Shown here piece after piece: positions 19,267 to 27,388 of a stretch of DNA of 54,062 nt. The stretch is taken from NCBI GenBank assembly GCA_035703635.1, contig DASSXV010000002.1:1-54062 (forward strand), written 5' to 3'. The position numbers and the translations under genes were made by a program. Each line of letters opens with the position of its first letter. Within the stretch, counting starts at the first letter, position 1. This DNA is from Trueperaceae bacterium (lineage in GTDB: Bacteria > Deinococcota > Deinococci > Deinococcales > Trueperaceae). The notes beneath the pieces were generated by a model. That model saw only the letters and a program-made list of their open reading frames with translations. It was not told the origin of the DNA and searched no databases.

Positions 19267-19334
19267 GCTGCTACCTCCTGCACCCAGCCTAGCTCGGAGT
19301 CGGGCGTAGGAGCGCTCCGGTGGTGCATCTACCC

Positions 19335-20288
19335 CTAGTCTTCGACCAGCAGGCGGTTGAGTTCGTCGAGGAGTTCGGTGACGCGGCCAAGCTTGCCTGG
19401 ACCTAGTGCGCCAAGGCGCCGCTTGTTGAGGAGGCGCTTGGTGCTCGCGACCAGCTGCTGCGCTGCGGGCGACACCGCCCCGCCAGCAGCGCTCTCCTCC
19501 ACCCCGTCCCCGACCCGCAGCTCGGTGATGCGTCTACGAATCTGGCTCAGTGACAGCCCTTCGCCAACCGCCTCTGCCAGCAACCTCCGCTGCGCCTTCC
19601 TGTCGCTTAGCCGCGCGATGGCCTGCGCCTTCGTGAACGCCAACTGGCCGCCTCTGACGGCGTCGAGCAGCTCTGGCGGGAACTCGAGAATCGGCAACCT
19701 GTTCGTGACGAACGACGACACGCTGAAGCGCCCCAACTGCCTGAACAGCGCGCTCGCCTCGTCGCGGCGCGCCCGGTCGACCGGCCTGGAGCTGCCCCTG
19801 CCACGCTCTTCGTTGTAGAGCGCCTGAAGAAGCGCGACGACCTCGCCCCGTGAGCTGTCCAGCGCCAGCTCCAGCAACCCGAGCACCGCCTCCGTCTCCT
19901 CGACCGCGTTGAGGTCCTCGCGTTGGAGGTTCTCCGTGATGGCGATCTCGAGCGCCTCGCGGTCGTCGAGCTCCACGACGAGCGCGGGCACCTCTTTGAG
20001 CCCAGCGGCCCGCGCTGCCCGCGCGCGCCGTTCGCCCGCGACGACCTCGTAACCCTGACCCTTGCGCCTCACGATGATGGGCTCGAGTACGCCCTTGTCA
20101 CGGATGCTTGCCGCCAAGTCCTCGAGGCTGGCGGCGTCGAAGTGCTTGCGTGGCTGCTGGTCGTTGTACTGCAACTCGGCAAGTGCAACGCCCGCCACCC
20201 CGGCCGTTGGCTCGACGGCGCCTAGGTCGCCGAGGATAGCCTCGAACACCGCTGCGCGGTCGATGTCCTGCTTGCGCTTCTTAACCAC
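19335..20288 (-). CDS. parB: ParB partition protein (CTPase + HTH)
   Basis: QPRKHFD, GVLEPI, AGERR, ENLQREDLN. Confidence 0.95.
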   Translation of the reverse strand: MVKKRKQDIDRAAVFEAILGDLGAVEPTAGVAGVALAELQYNDQQPRKHFDAASLEDLAASIRDKGVLEPIIVRRKGQGYEVVAGERRARAARAAGLKEVPALVVELDDREALEIAITENLQREDLNAVEETEAVLGLLELALDSSRGEVVALLQALYNEERGRGSSRPVDRARRDEASALFRQLGRFSVSSFVTNRLPILEFPPELLDAVRGGQLAFTKAQAIARLSDRKAQRRLLAEAVGEGLSLSQIRRRITELRVGDGVEESAAGGAVSPAAQQLVASTKRLLNKRRLGALGPGKLGRVTELLDELNRLLVED

Positions 20289-21096
20289 GGCCGTCTCCCT
20301 CTAGGCGCTCCAGCAGCTCGCCAGTCACCTGCCTGATCTCCTTGTCCGCCTCGCTGCCCTTAGCGTAAAGCGAGATCGGCATGCCGTTCACTTGCGCGTC
20401 CGAGTAATAGGCCGGTCTGCTGCCTAGCGGCGTGGACACCGGCGCCACCGCCGTGAGCTGCTCACGGATGACGCCGAGCACGTCACGATCGTGGCGCGTG
20501 CGGCGGTCGTGCTGCGTGAGCACGAACAGCGCGATCTCGAGTCCGGTTGCCGCCTTGCGGTACTCCTTGACCATGCGGATGACGGTCGGGATGCCATCGA
20601 GCCCTTTGCGGTTGGTTGGCAGCGGCACCACAACTCGGTCGGCCGCCACCACGGCTAGGGCAGACAACTGGCCGAGGCTAGGCGGCGGGTCGATCAGCAC
20701 GTAGTCGTAACCCTCCAGGCGCCTCACGGCTTCGCGCAGGCGCATGACGCCCATGAAGACGCTGAGGATCTCGCGCTCCACGATCGCGATGCTGAGGTTG
20801 CTTGGGATGAGGTCCATGCCGTGAACGCGCATGGGCGCCGGCAGAACCAGCTCGTCGTCCGCCGCCAACTTGCTGCCGCCGTCGTCACGATCGAGGTCGC
20901 CGAGCACGGCAGGGTAGATGGTCTGCGCCAGCGCGACGTCATCGTCTACTCCGAGCCACTTCGTCAAGTTCGCTTGCGGGTCGACGTCGATGAGCAGGAC
21001 CTTGCGTCCTAGCTCGCTTAGGACGTACCCGACGTCACGGGCGGTGCTCGTCTTGGCAACGCCGCCGGCGTGGTTGAAGAACGTCAGTACCTTCAC
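20281..21096 (-). CDS. parA: ParA partition ATPase
   Basis: NHAGGVAKT, IDVDPQANLT, IDPPPSLG; GGAGG RBS before GTG 21096. Confidence 0.95.
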   Translation of the reverse strand: MKVLTFFNHAGGVAKTSTARDVGYVLSELGRKVLLIDVDPQANLTKWLGVDDDVALAQTIYPAVLGDLDRDDGGSKLAADDELVLPAPMRVHGMDLIPSNLSIAIVEREILSVFMGVMRLREAVRRLEGYDYVLIDPPPSLGQLSALAVVAADRVVVPLPTNRKGLDGIPTVIRMVKEYRKAATGLEIALFVLTQHDRRTRHDRDVLGVIREQLTAVAPVSTPLGSRPAYYSDAQVNGMPISLYAKGSEADKEIRQVTGELLERLEGDGRG

Positions 21097-21275
21097 AACT
21101 AGCGCCTCCTGGAGAACAGCCCGGTTGGGCCGGGCGCGGCCAACGCACGACCGCGGCGCGCTCGACTTGAGCAACTGTTGCGGATTGTACCCCGCGCTCT
21201 GGTGAGCGCCGTTCGGCTGGCAGTTGCGGCGCTGGGTGGGCGCGCCGTAGGCGTCTCCCCGTTGTGCGTCGTTGT

Positions 21276-21481
21276 CGCTATAACGCTATTGCGGATAGGG
21301 GAGGCTTCGGCGGGCAGCCAGCACCTGGCGGAGCGCCCCTGACTCTGGCCGCCATAACGTTATGGCGGCCTCGACCCGCTTCAGACACCTGAACCGCGCA
21401 GGCAACACGCAGCGGTGAGCCTGCTCAGGGTTGAGGAAGGCTCCTACACGCTTCCGACGCCCCGCCATAACGTTATGGCGG
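21276..21481. promoter_or_regulatory. Putative parS centromere: three palindromes
   Basis: GGCCGCCATAACGTTATGGCGGCC (21347-21370), CCGCCATAACGTTATGGCGG (21462-21481), degenerate CGCTATAACGCTATTGCGG (21276-21294). Confidence 0.7.
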
Positions 21482-21580
21482 CCCTTGAAACAGGGGCTTA
21501 GCTACCACCTGTTCCGCGAGGCTCGTGATCACCTCGGCCTAGCGCCAGGCGCGGCGACCCACGCTCGGGTACCGGCCGCT

Positions 21581-21606
21581 TCCCACTTAGGCCTCCCACT
21601 TAGGCC
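21581..21606 (+). repeat. 13-bp perfect tandem repeat
   Basis: TCCCACTTAGGCC x2. Confidence 0.85.
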
Positions 21607-21912
21607 ACCCGACTGCGTCCACGGCCGCAAGAGGTAACGGCGGCGCCCGGAGTACCCTCCGATACCCACATGACTCGCCAGCGCCTCTCTCGCTGGGCGC
21701 TGGCCTGCACGCTTGGCGATCGGACCCGAGCAGGGGAGAGGAGTCACGCTCACCAAACCCCGGTGCCGACGGAGAAATCTCCACGTAGGCAACCACGGCG
21801 TACCGTTCTAGGCGCTGGCGCCGCCAGCATCAGGCGCAGCTCGGAGTCGAGGGCTGTTGGCCGCTCCGACCCGAACGAAATCGGCAGGCCGCCAGGGCGC
21901 CGGCAGAAGTCA

Positions 21913-22371
21913 GCGGGGAAATCTGCGGGACTAAGGTCAGGTAGTGGGGAACCTGCGGAACCGCTGGGGTCCGCGACTGCGGTCGCCGACAGCGCGCGCT
22001 TAGGCAATCGAAGGGGGAAATCAGGGGAACCTCGGCGCTCAGCCTGGTGCAAGTGGGACAGTCGGGGGACCTTCGGGCGTGGGGTGGATCCTTCTTGACT
22101 TGCTACCAGCAGCACTGGTTGCTGTTCTTTAGACAAGGAGCTTTACATTCTCTTTAATGGCCGGCCGACGGGGCCCGTCCCTGACGCGAGAATCAGACTT
22201 CGGCCGGGAAAGCGGCGGTACGCTCGTGGGACAGCGCGGGGACCGAAGCGGGACGTGCGCGGTACGCGTGTGGGCAACGGAGGGTACCAAGGGGGAACGG
22301 CAAGGTACCGAGGAGGGGAAATGGGGGGACCAAAGCGACGCGGCTCCGGTAAGTGGGGAAGAAGGGGGAAA
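21913..22371 (+). other. Putative iteron-type replication origin (oriV)
   Basis: Two clusters of GG(G/T)A(A/C) half-sites at 10-11 bp phase flank an AT-richer stretch (~22090-22158), immediately upstream of the Rep_3 gene. Confidence 0.7.
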
Positions 22372-22515
22372 GGTTGACCACGACTCCCCACTAGCCGTAT
22401 CATCTGCGCAAGCACAGGGCGCGGTCGGCGCCCGCGACGGCGAGCAAGGCTGGGCTTAGCCTAACGCCAACGTCTGAACCGCAGGCGGACGCCCAACCAA
22501 GGGGAGTAGGTAAGC

Positions 22516-24042
22516 GTGACAACGAGCGAGGCCTACGACGGGGACGGCGCAAGCGCCCGGAGAGGCGAGACCGCGGTAGAAGCCGGCACGCCACCCATAG
22601 GCGAGCTCGTCGAACCGCTCGGCGGCCGCCACCGCACGCAGCGGCCAAGGAGCAAGATGAGGCAGGCGCCTCGGCGCGCCGGCAGCTCGTTGGCCGTCAC
22701 TCAGGCCAACCCCCTCGCCCTCAGCAGGCAAGAGATGGGCATCCTCACCAAGCGCCTGCTCGTGCTTGCCTTGTCGGACATCAGCAAAGAAGATCTCACG
22801 CTCGAACCGATCCGCATCACGGCCTGGGAGTACGCGCAGCTTTTCAACATCAGCGGCAAGAGCATCTATTCGCGCATCGAAGAATCGGCTAGGGAACTGC
22901 TCGAGCAGACCATCCAGATCAAGGAGCCGAACGGCGACTGGGTGATGTTCCAGTGGGTGTCGGAAGCGCGTTACGACAACGGTCGCGAGGCGGGGCAGAT
23001 GGCCGCGATCGAGATCAAGATTCACGACCGCCTCAAGCCGTACCTCCTGCAGCTGCGCCGCGACTTCAGCATCATCCCGACCGACCAGCTGTTGTCGTTC
23101 GAGAGCTTCAACAGCATGCGTCTCTTCGAAGTGCTCTACACGGCGAGTTACGCAGGCGAGCGCAACCAACTGATCTTCGACGTCGACGACCTCAAGCTCC
23201 GGCTCGGGCTCGACGGCAAGTACGAACGCTTCAAGGACTTCCGCTACGTTTTAGACAGGGCACAAGAGGAGTTCGCAGCCTATACGTCACTCGCGTTCGA
23301 CTACGAACCACACAAGGTGGGCCGCAAGTTCCAAAGGGTGTCGTTCAGCATCAGGCGCAACGACGTCTTCCAACCGCGCGTCCGCTTGCCTGCCAGCCTC
23401 GCGAGCCGGGTGGCCAAGAGCGCGGACAAGGAGCAACTCCTCAAGGAGCTCCAGGCGGCGGACGCGCTGCGCGACATCGGCTGGACCCAAGACCCCGAGC
23501 GCAGCGTCGCGCGTCACGGCGCGCAACGCGTCCTCGACGTGGTGGCATACGCCCGCGTACTCCAGGAGCGCTCCGAGCGCGCCGGCCGCCCGATATTCAA
23601 CCTCGGCGGCTTCGTCAACAGCCTCCTCCAGCAGGGAGTAGAGCCGCCCAAGCAAGACGTTGCCGAGGCCAGCGGACCGCAGCCGCTCAACCGCGAACAG
23701 GCGCGCGCCATCGCCACCACCATCGCAGACGCCATGCACCGCGCAAGGCGGCAGCTGGCGGAGTCCGCATGGGACGACCTCAACCGCGACCAACGCGACC
23801 TCGTCCACACGCTGATGCAGGCAACCGTCCACCGCTTCACGCTCGAACGCCTCGAAGCAGACGGCTGGCAAGGCGCACTGTACGAAGCCAGTCGCATGGA
23901 CGTCATGACCACCCACAACTTCCTGACGCTCCCACCCCACCTGCAAGATCTCGCGTCGTACCTCAAGACCTACGACCCGCTCGTCGAGTACGGACCGGAG
24001 GAGCGCGCGAAGATCCTCGCTGAACTCAAGGAAGTCCAGTAG
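22516..24042 (+). CDS. Rep_3 (RepB/RepE-like) replication initiator with C-terminal extension
   Basis: QAN.L..SR, WVSEARY, LKPYLLQL, SMRLFEVL, GKYERFKDF..VL..A..E, KVGRK; GGGGAG RBS. Confidence 0.9.
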   Translation: MTTSEAYDGDGASARRGETAVEAGTPPIGELVEPLGGRHRTQRPRSKMRQAPRRAGSSLAVTQANPLALSRQEMGILTKRLLVLALSDISKEDLTLEPIRITAWEYAQLFNISGKSIYSRIEESARELLEQTIQIKEPNGDWVMFQWVSEARYDNGREAGQMAAIEIKIHDRLKPYLLQLRRDFSIIPTDQLLSFESFNSMRLFEVLYTASYAGERNQLIFDVDDLKLRLGLDGKYERFKDFRYVLDRAQEEFAAYTSLAFDYEPHKVGRKFQRVSFSIRRNDVFQPRVRLPASLASRVAKSADKEQLLKELQAADALRDIGWTQDPERSVARHGAQRVLDVVAYARVLQERSERAGRPIFNLGGFVNSLLQQGVEPPKQDVAEASGPQPLNREQARAIATTIADAMHRARRQLAESAWDDLNRDQRDLVHTLMQATVHRFTLERLEADGWQGALYEASRMDVMTTHNFLTLPPHLQDLASYLKTYDPLVEYGPEERAKILAELKEVQ

Positions 24043-24052
24043 GAGGCAAGCC

Positions 24053-24715
24053 ATGTGCGGTCGTTACACCCTCTACCACCATGAGGACGACCTGGCGTCA
24101 CTCTTCGAAGTCGCCACGTTCCCGCTCGAGGAACGCTACAACATCGCTCCAACGCAACTCGTTCCCGTCGTGAGGGAACGCCAGGACGGCACTCGCGAGC
24201 TAGACAGTATGCGCTGGGGGCTAGTGCCTCACTGGGTGAAGGACCCGAGCGAGTTCAAGGCCAACCTGTTCAACGCCCGCTCGGAGAGCGCGGCAGAGAA
24301 GCCATCGTTCCGGGACGCCATGAAGAACGGGCGCTGCCTCATCCCGGCCAGCGGCTTCTACGAGTGGAAAGCCGCAGGTAGCGGCAAGCAGCCATACTTC
24401 ATCCACCGCAAGGACGGCGCCCCGCTGGCGTTCGCGGGCCTCTACGCGTACTGGGGCAGGGGAGAGGGCGCGCTACTCAGCTGCACCATCCTCACGACCG
24501 ACGCCAACGACGACATGCGGCCGCTACACGACCGCATGCCCGTGATCCTCGAAGCGGCGGCATGGGAGAGATGGCTGGACCCAGGCGAACACGACCCCAG
24601 GGCAGTCGAAGACCTGCTGACGCCAGCCGCGGACGGCCTGCTCGAGAGCTGGCCGGTGGCCAAGACAGTGGGCAACGCGCGCGTAGACTCCCCTGAGCTA
24701 GTCGCGAGAGCGTGA
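24053..24715 (+). CDS. SOS response-associated peptidase (SRAP/YedK/HMCES abasic-site crosslinker)
   Basis: MCGRY N-terminus, RYNIAPTQ, NARSE, GFYEW, HDRMPVIL. Confidence 0.95.
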   Translation: MCGRYTLYHHEDDLASLFEVATFPLEERYNIAPTQLVPVVRERQDGTRELDSMRWGLVPHWVKDPSEFKANLFNARSESAAEKPSFRDAMKNGRCLIPASGFYEWKAAGSGKQPYFIHRKDGAPLAFAGLYAYWGRGEGALLSCTILTTDANDDMRPLHDRMPVILEAAAWERWLDPGEHDPRAVEDLLTPAADGLLESWPVAKTVGNARVDSPELVARA

Positions 24716-24755
24716 GGGCCAGGCGGCGCAAGCCAGGGAGTGGTGGACGGGCAAC

Positions 24756-24779
24756 AAAAAACAGCGCCCGTAAGCGCTG
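24756..24779 (-). terminator. Intrinsic terminator
   Basis: CAGCGC-6 nt-GCGCTG followed by T6 on the minus strand. Confidence 0.75.
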
Positions 24780-24788
24780 ATAAAGAAC

Positions 24789-24817
24789 ATCTTACAGCTT
24801 TATGCACTATTCGTCAA
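24789..24817 (-). promoter_or_regulatory. sigma70-like promoter directly upstream of the terminator
   Basis: TTGACG-17 nt-TAAGAT on the minus strand in an AT-rich island. Confidence 0.55.
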
Positions 24818-24870
24818 GACGATGCAGCCGTGCGGCCCTGGCGGCGCACGTGAGGCGTCGCGAAGGCCCG

Positions 24871-26118
24871 TCAAACGCCCGCGACGGGCGAGGCAGCGCG
24901 GCGCTTGGCGCTAGCCGACTTCGCCATCCACGCCGAGTAGGCGGCCAGCAACCCAGTCGCGGACAAGCCCCACAGGGCAGCAGCGTAGTTGCCGGTGCTC
25001 ACATACGACAGCCCAACGGCCAGCGGCGCGAAAGTCTGCGCCACGGCGATCAGCGTGGCCATGGCGCCGTTGATGGCACCGTAGTGGGCGGAGCCGAACG
25101 CCTCGCCGACCAGCCCGGCCCGCACCAAGGTGCTCGCGCCGTTAGCCAAGCCGAACAGGACCGCGAAAGTCCACCGGCCGACGGCGCCAGGCACCAGGAG
25201 CAACGTTGCCAGGGCGGCTACGCGCGTCAAGTAAGTCGTGACCGCTAGGGAGTAGAGACTCACGAGGCGCGCGGCAGGTGCGAAGATCACCCGCCCTGCC
25301 ACCTGAACCAGGCCGACGGCGCCAGCTACCGCGGCGACCAGGGCGGGGGAGTGACCGCGTTCGAGGAGCAGCGGCACCGTGTGAGCCGCCACCGCTACGA
25401 TCGCGAGGCGGTCGAAGACGAACGCGCTCGTCAGCCACCAGAACAGCCTGGAGCGCAACGCCTCCGCCGTCGTGCCCGCCGGTTCGGCCGCCGCAGCGTC
25501 CTGCTCAGGCGCCGGCTTCGGCTGTAGCCCGTCCGGGTGCTGCCCGAACCGCCGCGGGTTATCCCTGATGATCAACGCATGTAGCGGCAGGCTAGTGACC
25601 AAGAGGAGGAGCGCAAGGCAACGCAGCGCCGTGCGCCAGCCGACGGCCTCGAGCAGACCCGTCGCCAAGGGAATGAAGATCGTGCTCGCGAGCCCAGCCA
25701 CCATGGTGACGACGAGCATCGCCCTGATGCGATCGCGTCTGAACCAAGCGGCGATGACGGTGAACGCCACGTCGTAGAAGCTGAGGCCCATCGCGATGCC
25801 TACGCCTGCTTGAGCGGCGTAGACCACGACAAGCGACGGCGCGTACGACCACAGCAACACGCTCGCGGCGCCAAGTAGCGAACCAACGCTCATCGGCACC
25901 CTGGCCCCGCGCGCGTCAACCCAGCTGCCGATGGGGACTGCCGCAAGGCCAGACAGCAGCAGCGCGAGCGAGAACGCTCCCGCCGTCTGGGCCCTCGTCA
26001 GGCCGAGCTCGGCCTCCATCGGCAGCGTGAACACGCCGTACGAGTAGTACAAGACGCCGTAACCGATCGTCTGCGTGGCCGCCAGGGTCCAAGCGATACG
26101 CCAGCCGTGGAAACGCAT
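24871..26118 (-). CDS. MFS transporter (OFA/MCT-like)
   Basis: ~12 TMs, G...DARGAR loop motif; ATG 26118 preceded by TATTGT. Confidence 0.88.
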   Translation of the reverse strand: MRFHGWRIAWTLAATQTIGYGVLYYSYGVFTLPMEAELGLTRAQTAGAFSLALLLSGLAAVPIGSWVDARGARVPMSVGSLLGAASVLLWSYAPSLVVVYAAQAGVGIAMGLSFYDVAFTVIAAWFRRDRIRAMLVVTMVAGLASTIFIPLATGLLEAVGWRTALRCLALLLLVTSLPLHALIIRDNPRRFGQHPDGLQPKPAPEQDAAAAEPAGTTAEALRSRLFWWLTSAFVFDRLAIVAVAAHTVPLLLERGHSPALVAAVAGAVGLVQVAGRVIFAPAARLVSLYSLAVTTYLTRVAALATLLLVPGAVGRWTFAVLFGLANGASTLVRAGLVGEAFGSAHYGAINGAMATLIAVAQTFAPLAVGLSYVSTGNYAAALWGLSATGLLAAYSAWMAKSASAKRRAASPVAGV

Positions 26119-26200
26119 GGGGAACAATATCAACGACGACTTTGCGCAACCACGGCCCCGCTTCGAGCCCAGCGGCACATGGCACGCGCTAACCTCACGC

Positions 26201-27286
26201 ATGGCCCGCTTCGTCGCTAAACCACCGACAGCACGCGGCTACGCTAACGGCGGCCCCGCGAACCCCCTCGTGGCTACTGGAGTTCCCCTGCGCTGGGGAG
26301 TGGTAGCAACCGGCAAGATCGCTCACACCGTCACCGGGCAACTAGCGCTGCTCGAGGACGCACGCTTACAGGCTGTGAGCAGTCGCGCCGCAGACAAGGC
26401 GGCCGCCTTCGCTGCCATGTACGGTTTCGCGGCCAGCTACTCGGACGACGCCGCCCGCACTGGTTACGAGGCGCTGGCTGCCGACCCGCAAGTCGACGTC
26501 GTCTACGTCGCCACGCCACACGGGCAACACCATCAGGTCGTCATGCAGCTGCTGGCCGCCGGCAAGCACGTGCTGGTGGAGAAGGCGTTCACGGTGAACG
26601 CCCGCGAGGCAGCCGAGCTCATCGCGCTGGCCGGCGACCGCGGTGTGTTCCTCATGGAGGCGGTGTGGACACGCTTCCTCCCGGCATACCAGGCCGTGCT
26701 AGACGTTCTCGCCGGGGGAGGGATCGGCGCGGTGCGCTACGTTCAAGCCGACATGGGTTTCATGGCGGAGCGCGACCCCCGCACCCGCCTGTGGGCCCCT
26801 GCGGCAGGAGGCGGCGCACTACTAGACTTAGCGGTCTACCCACTAACTTGGGTGATCGGCGCACTCGGTTTCCCGACCGCCGTACAGGCAAGCGGACGCC
26901 TCAACAGCGAGGGAGTCGACGAACTCAGTGCACTAGCCCTGAGCTTCCCTGGCGGCGAGCAGGCCCAAGTGCTCGTGTCGTTCGTGTCGGACAGCACCCG
27001 CAAGGCGCGCATCGTCGGCACGGAAGGTTACGTCGAGACCGACGCGCCACTCACCAAGCCGGAGGGTTACACGGTGGTCGGGGCGGGGCAGCTTCACCAC
27101 GAGAGTGTCCCGCACGGCTACGAGCCGTACACCTTCCAGTTGCGCGAGGTGACGCGCTGCATACAGCATGGGATGCTGGAAAGCCCCACCATGCCGCTCG
27201 AGCACACGCTGAGGACCATGCGCTTGCTAGACGAGGTGCGCGAGCAACTCGGAATGACCTTGCCGAACGACGCCACTGGCGAATGA
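26201..27286 (+). CDS. Gfo/Idh/MocA family oxidoreductase
   Basis: WGVVATGKIA, HVLVEKAF, MEAVWTRF, GGGALLD. Confidence 0.9.
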   Translation: MARFVAKPPTARGYANGGPANPLVATGVPLRWGVVATGKIAHTVTGQLALLEDARLQAVSSRAADKAAAFAAMYGFAASYSDDAARTGYEALAADPQVDVVYVATPHGQHHQVVMQLLAAGKHVLVEKAFTVNAREAAELIALAGDRGVFLMEAVWTRFLPAYQAVLDVLAGGGIGAVRYVQADMGFMAERDPRTRLWAPAAGGGALLDLAVYPLTWVIGALGFPTAVQASGRLNSEGVDELSALALSFPGGEQAQVLVSFVSDSTRKARIVGTEGYVETDAPLTKPEGYTVVGAGQLHHESVPHGYEPYTFQLREVTRCIQHGMLESPTMPLEHTLRTMRLLDEVREQLGMTLPNDATGE

Positions 27287-27388
27287 CCGGCTAACCTCCG
27301 CCCCGTAAGGCGAGTTCACTAGCGTGAGTTGTATGCCGCACTACTAAACGCGGCGCGAAGCTCCGAGACCCTTGCCTATGCTGAACCC

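Noticed and set aside
22082-22158. DnaA box or rep promoter in the AT-rich stretch
   Set aside because: GGTGGATCC is a poor DnaA box, and TAGACA-17-TTTAAT lacks the -11 A
18430-22400. G/C-run clusters read as G-quadruplexes or as a CRISPR array
   Set aside because: There is no constant repeat with unique spacers, and the conserved A(A/C)/TAC positions and 11-bp phase fit protein-binding iterons better; G4 formation is not excluded
21200-22500. Short ORFs of 60-142 aa in the parA-rep gap
   Set aside because: No recognisable domains or RBS; the cis-elements explain the region better
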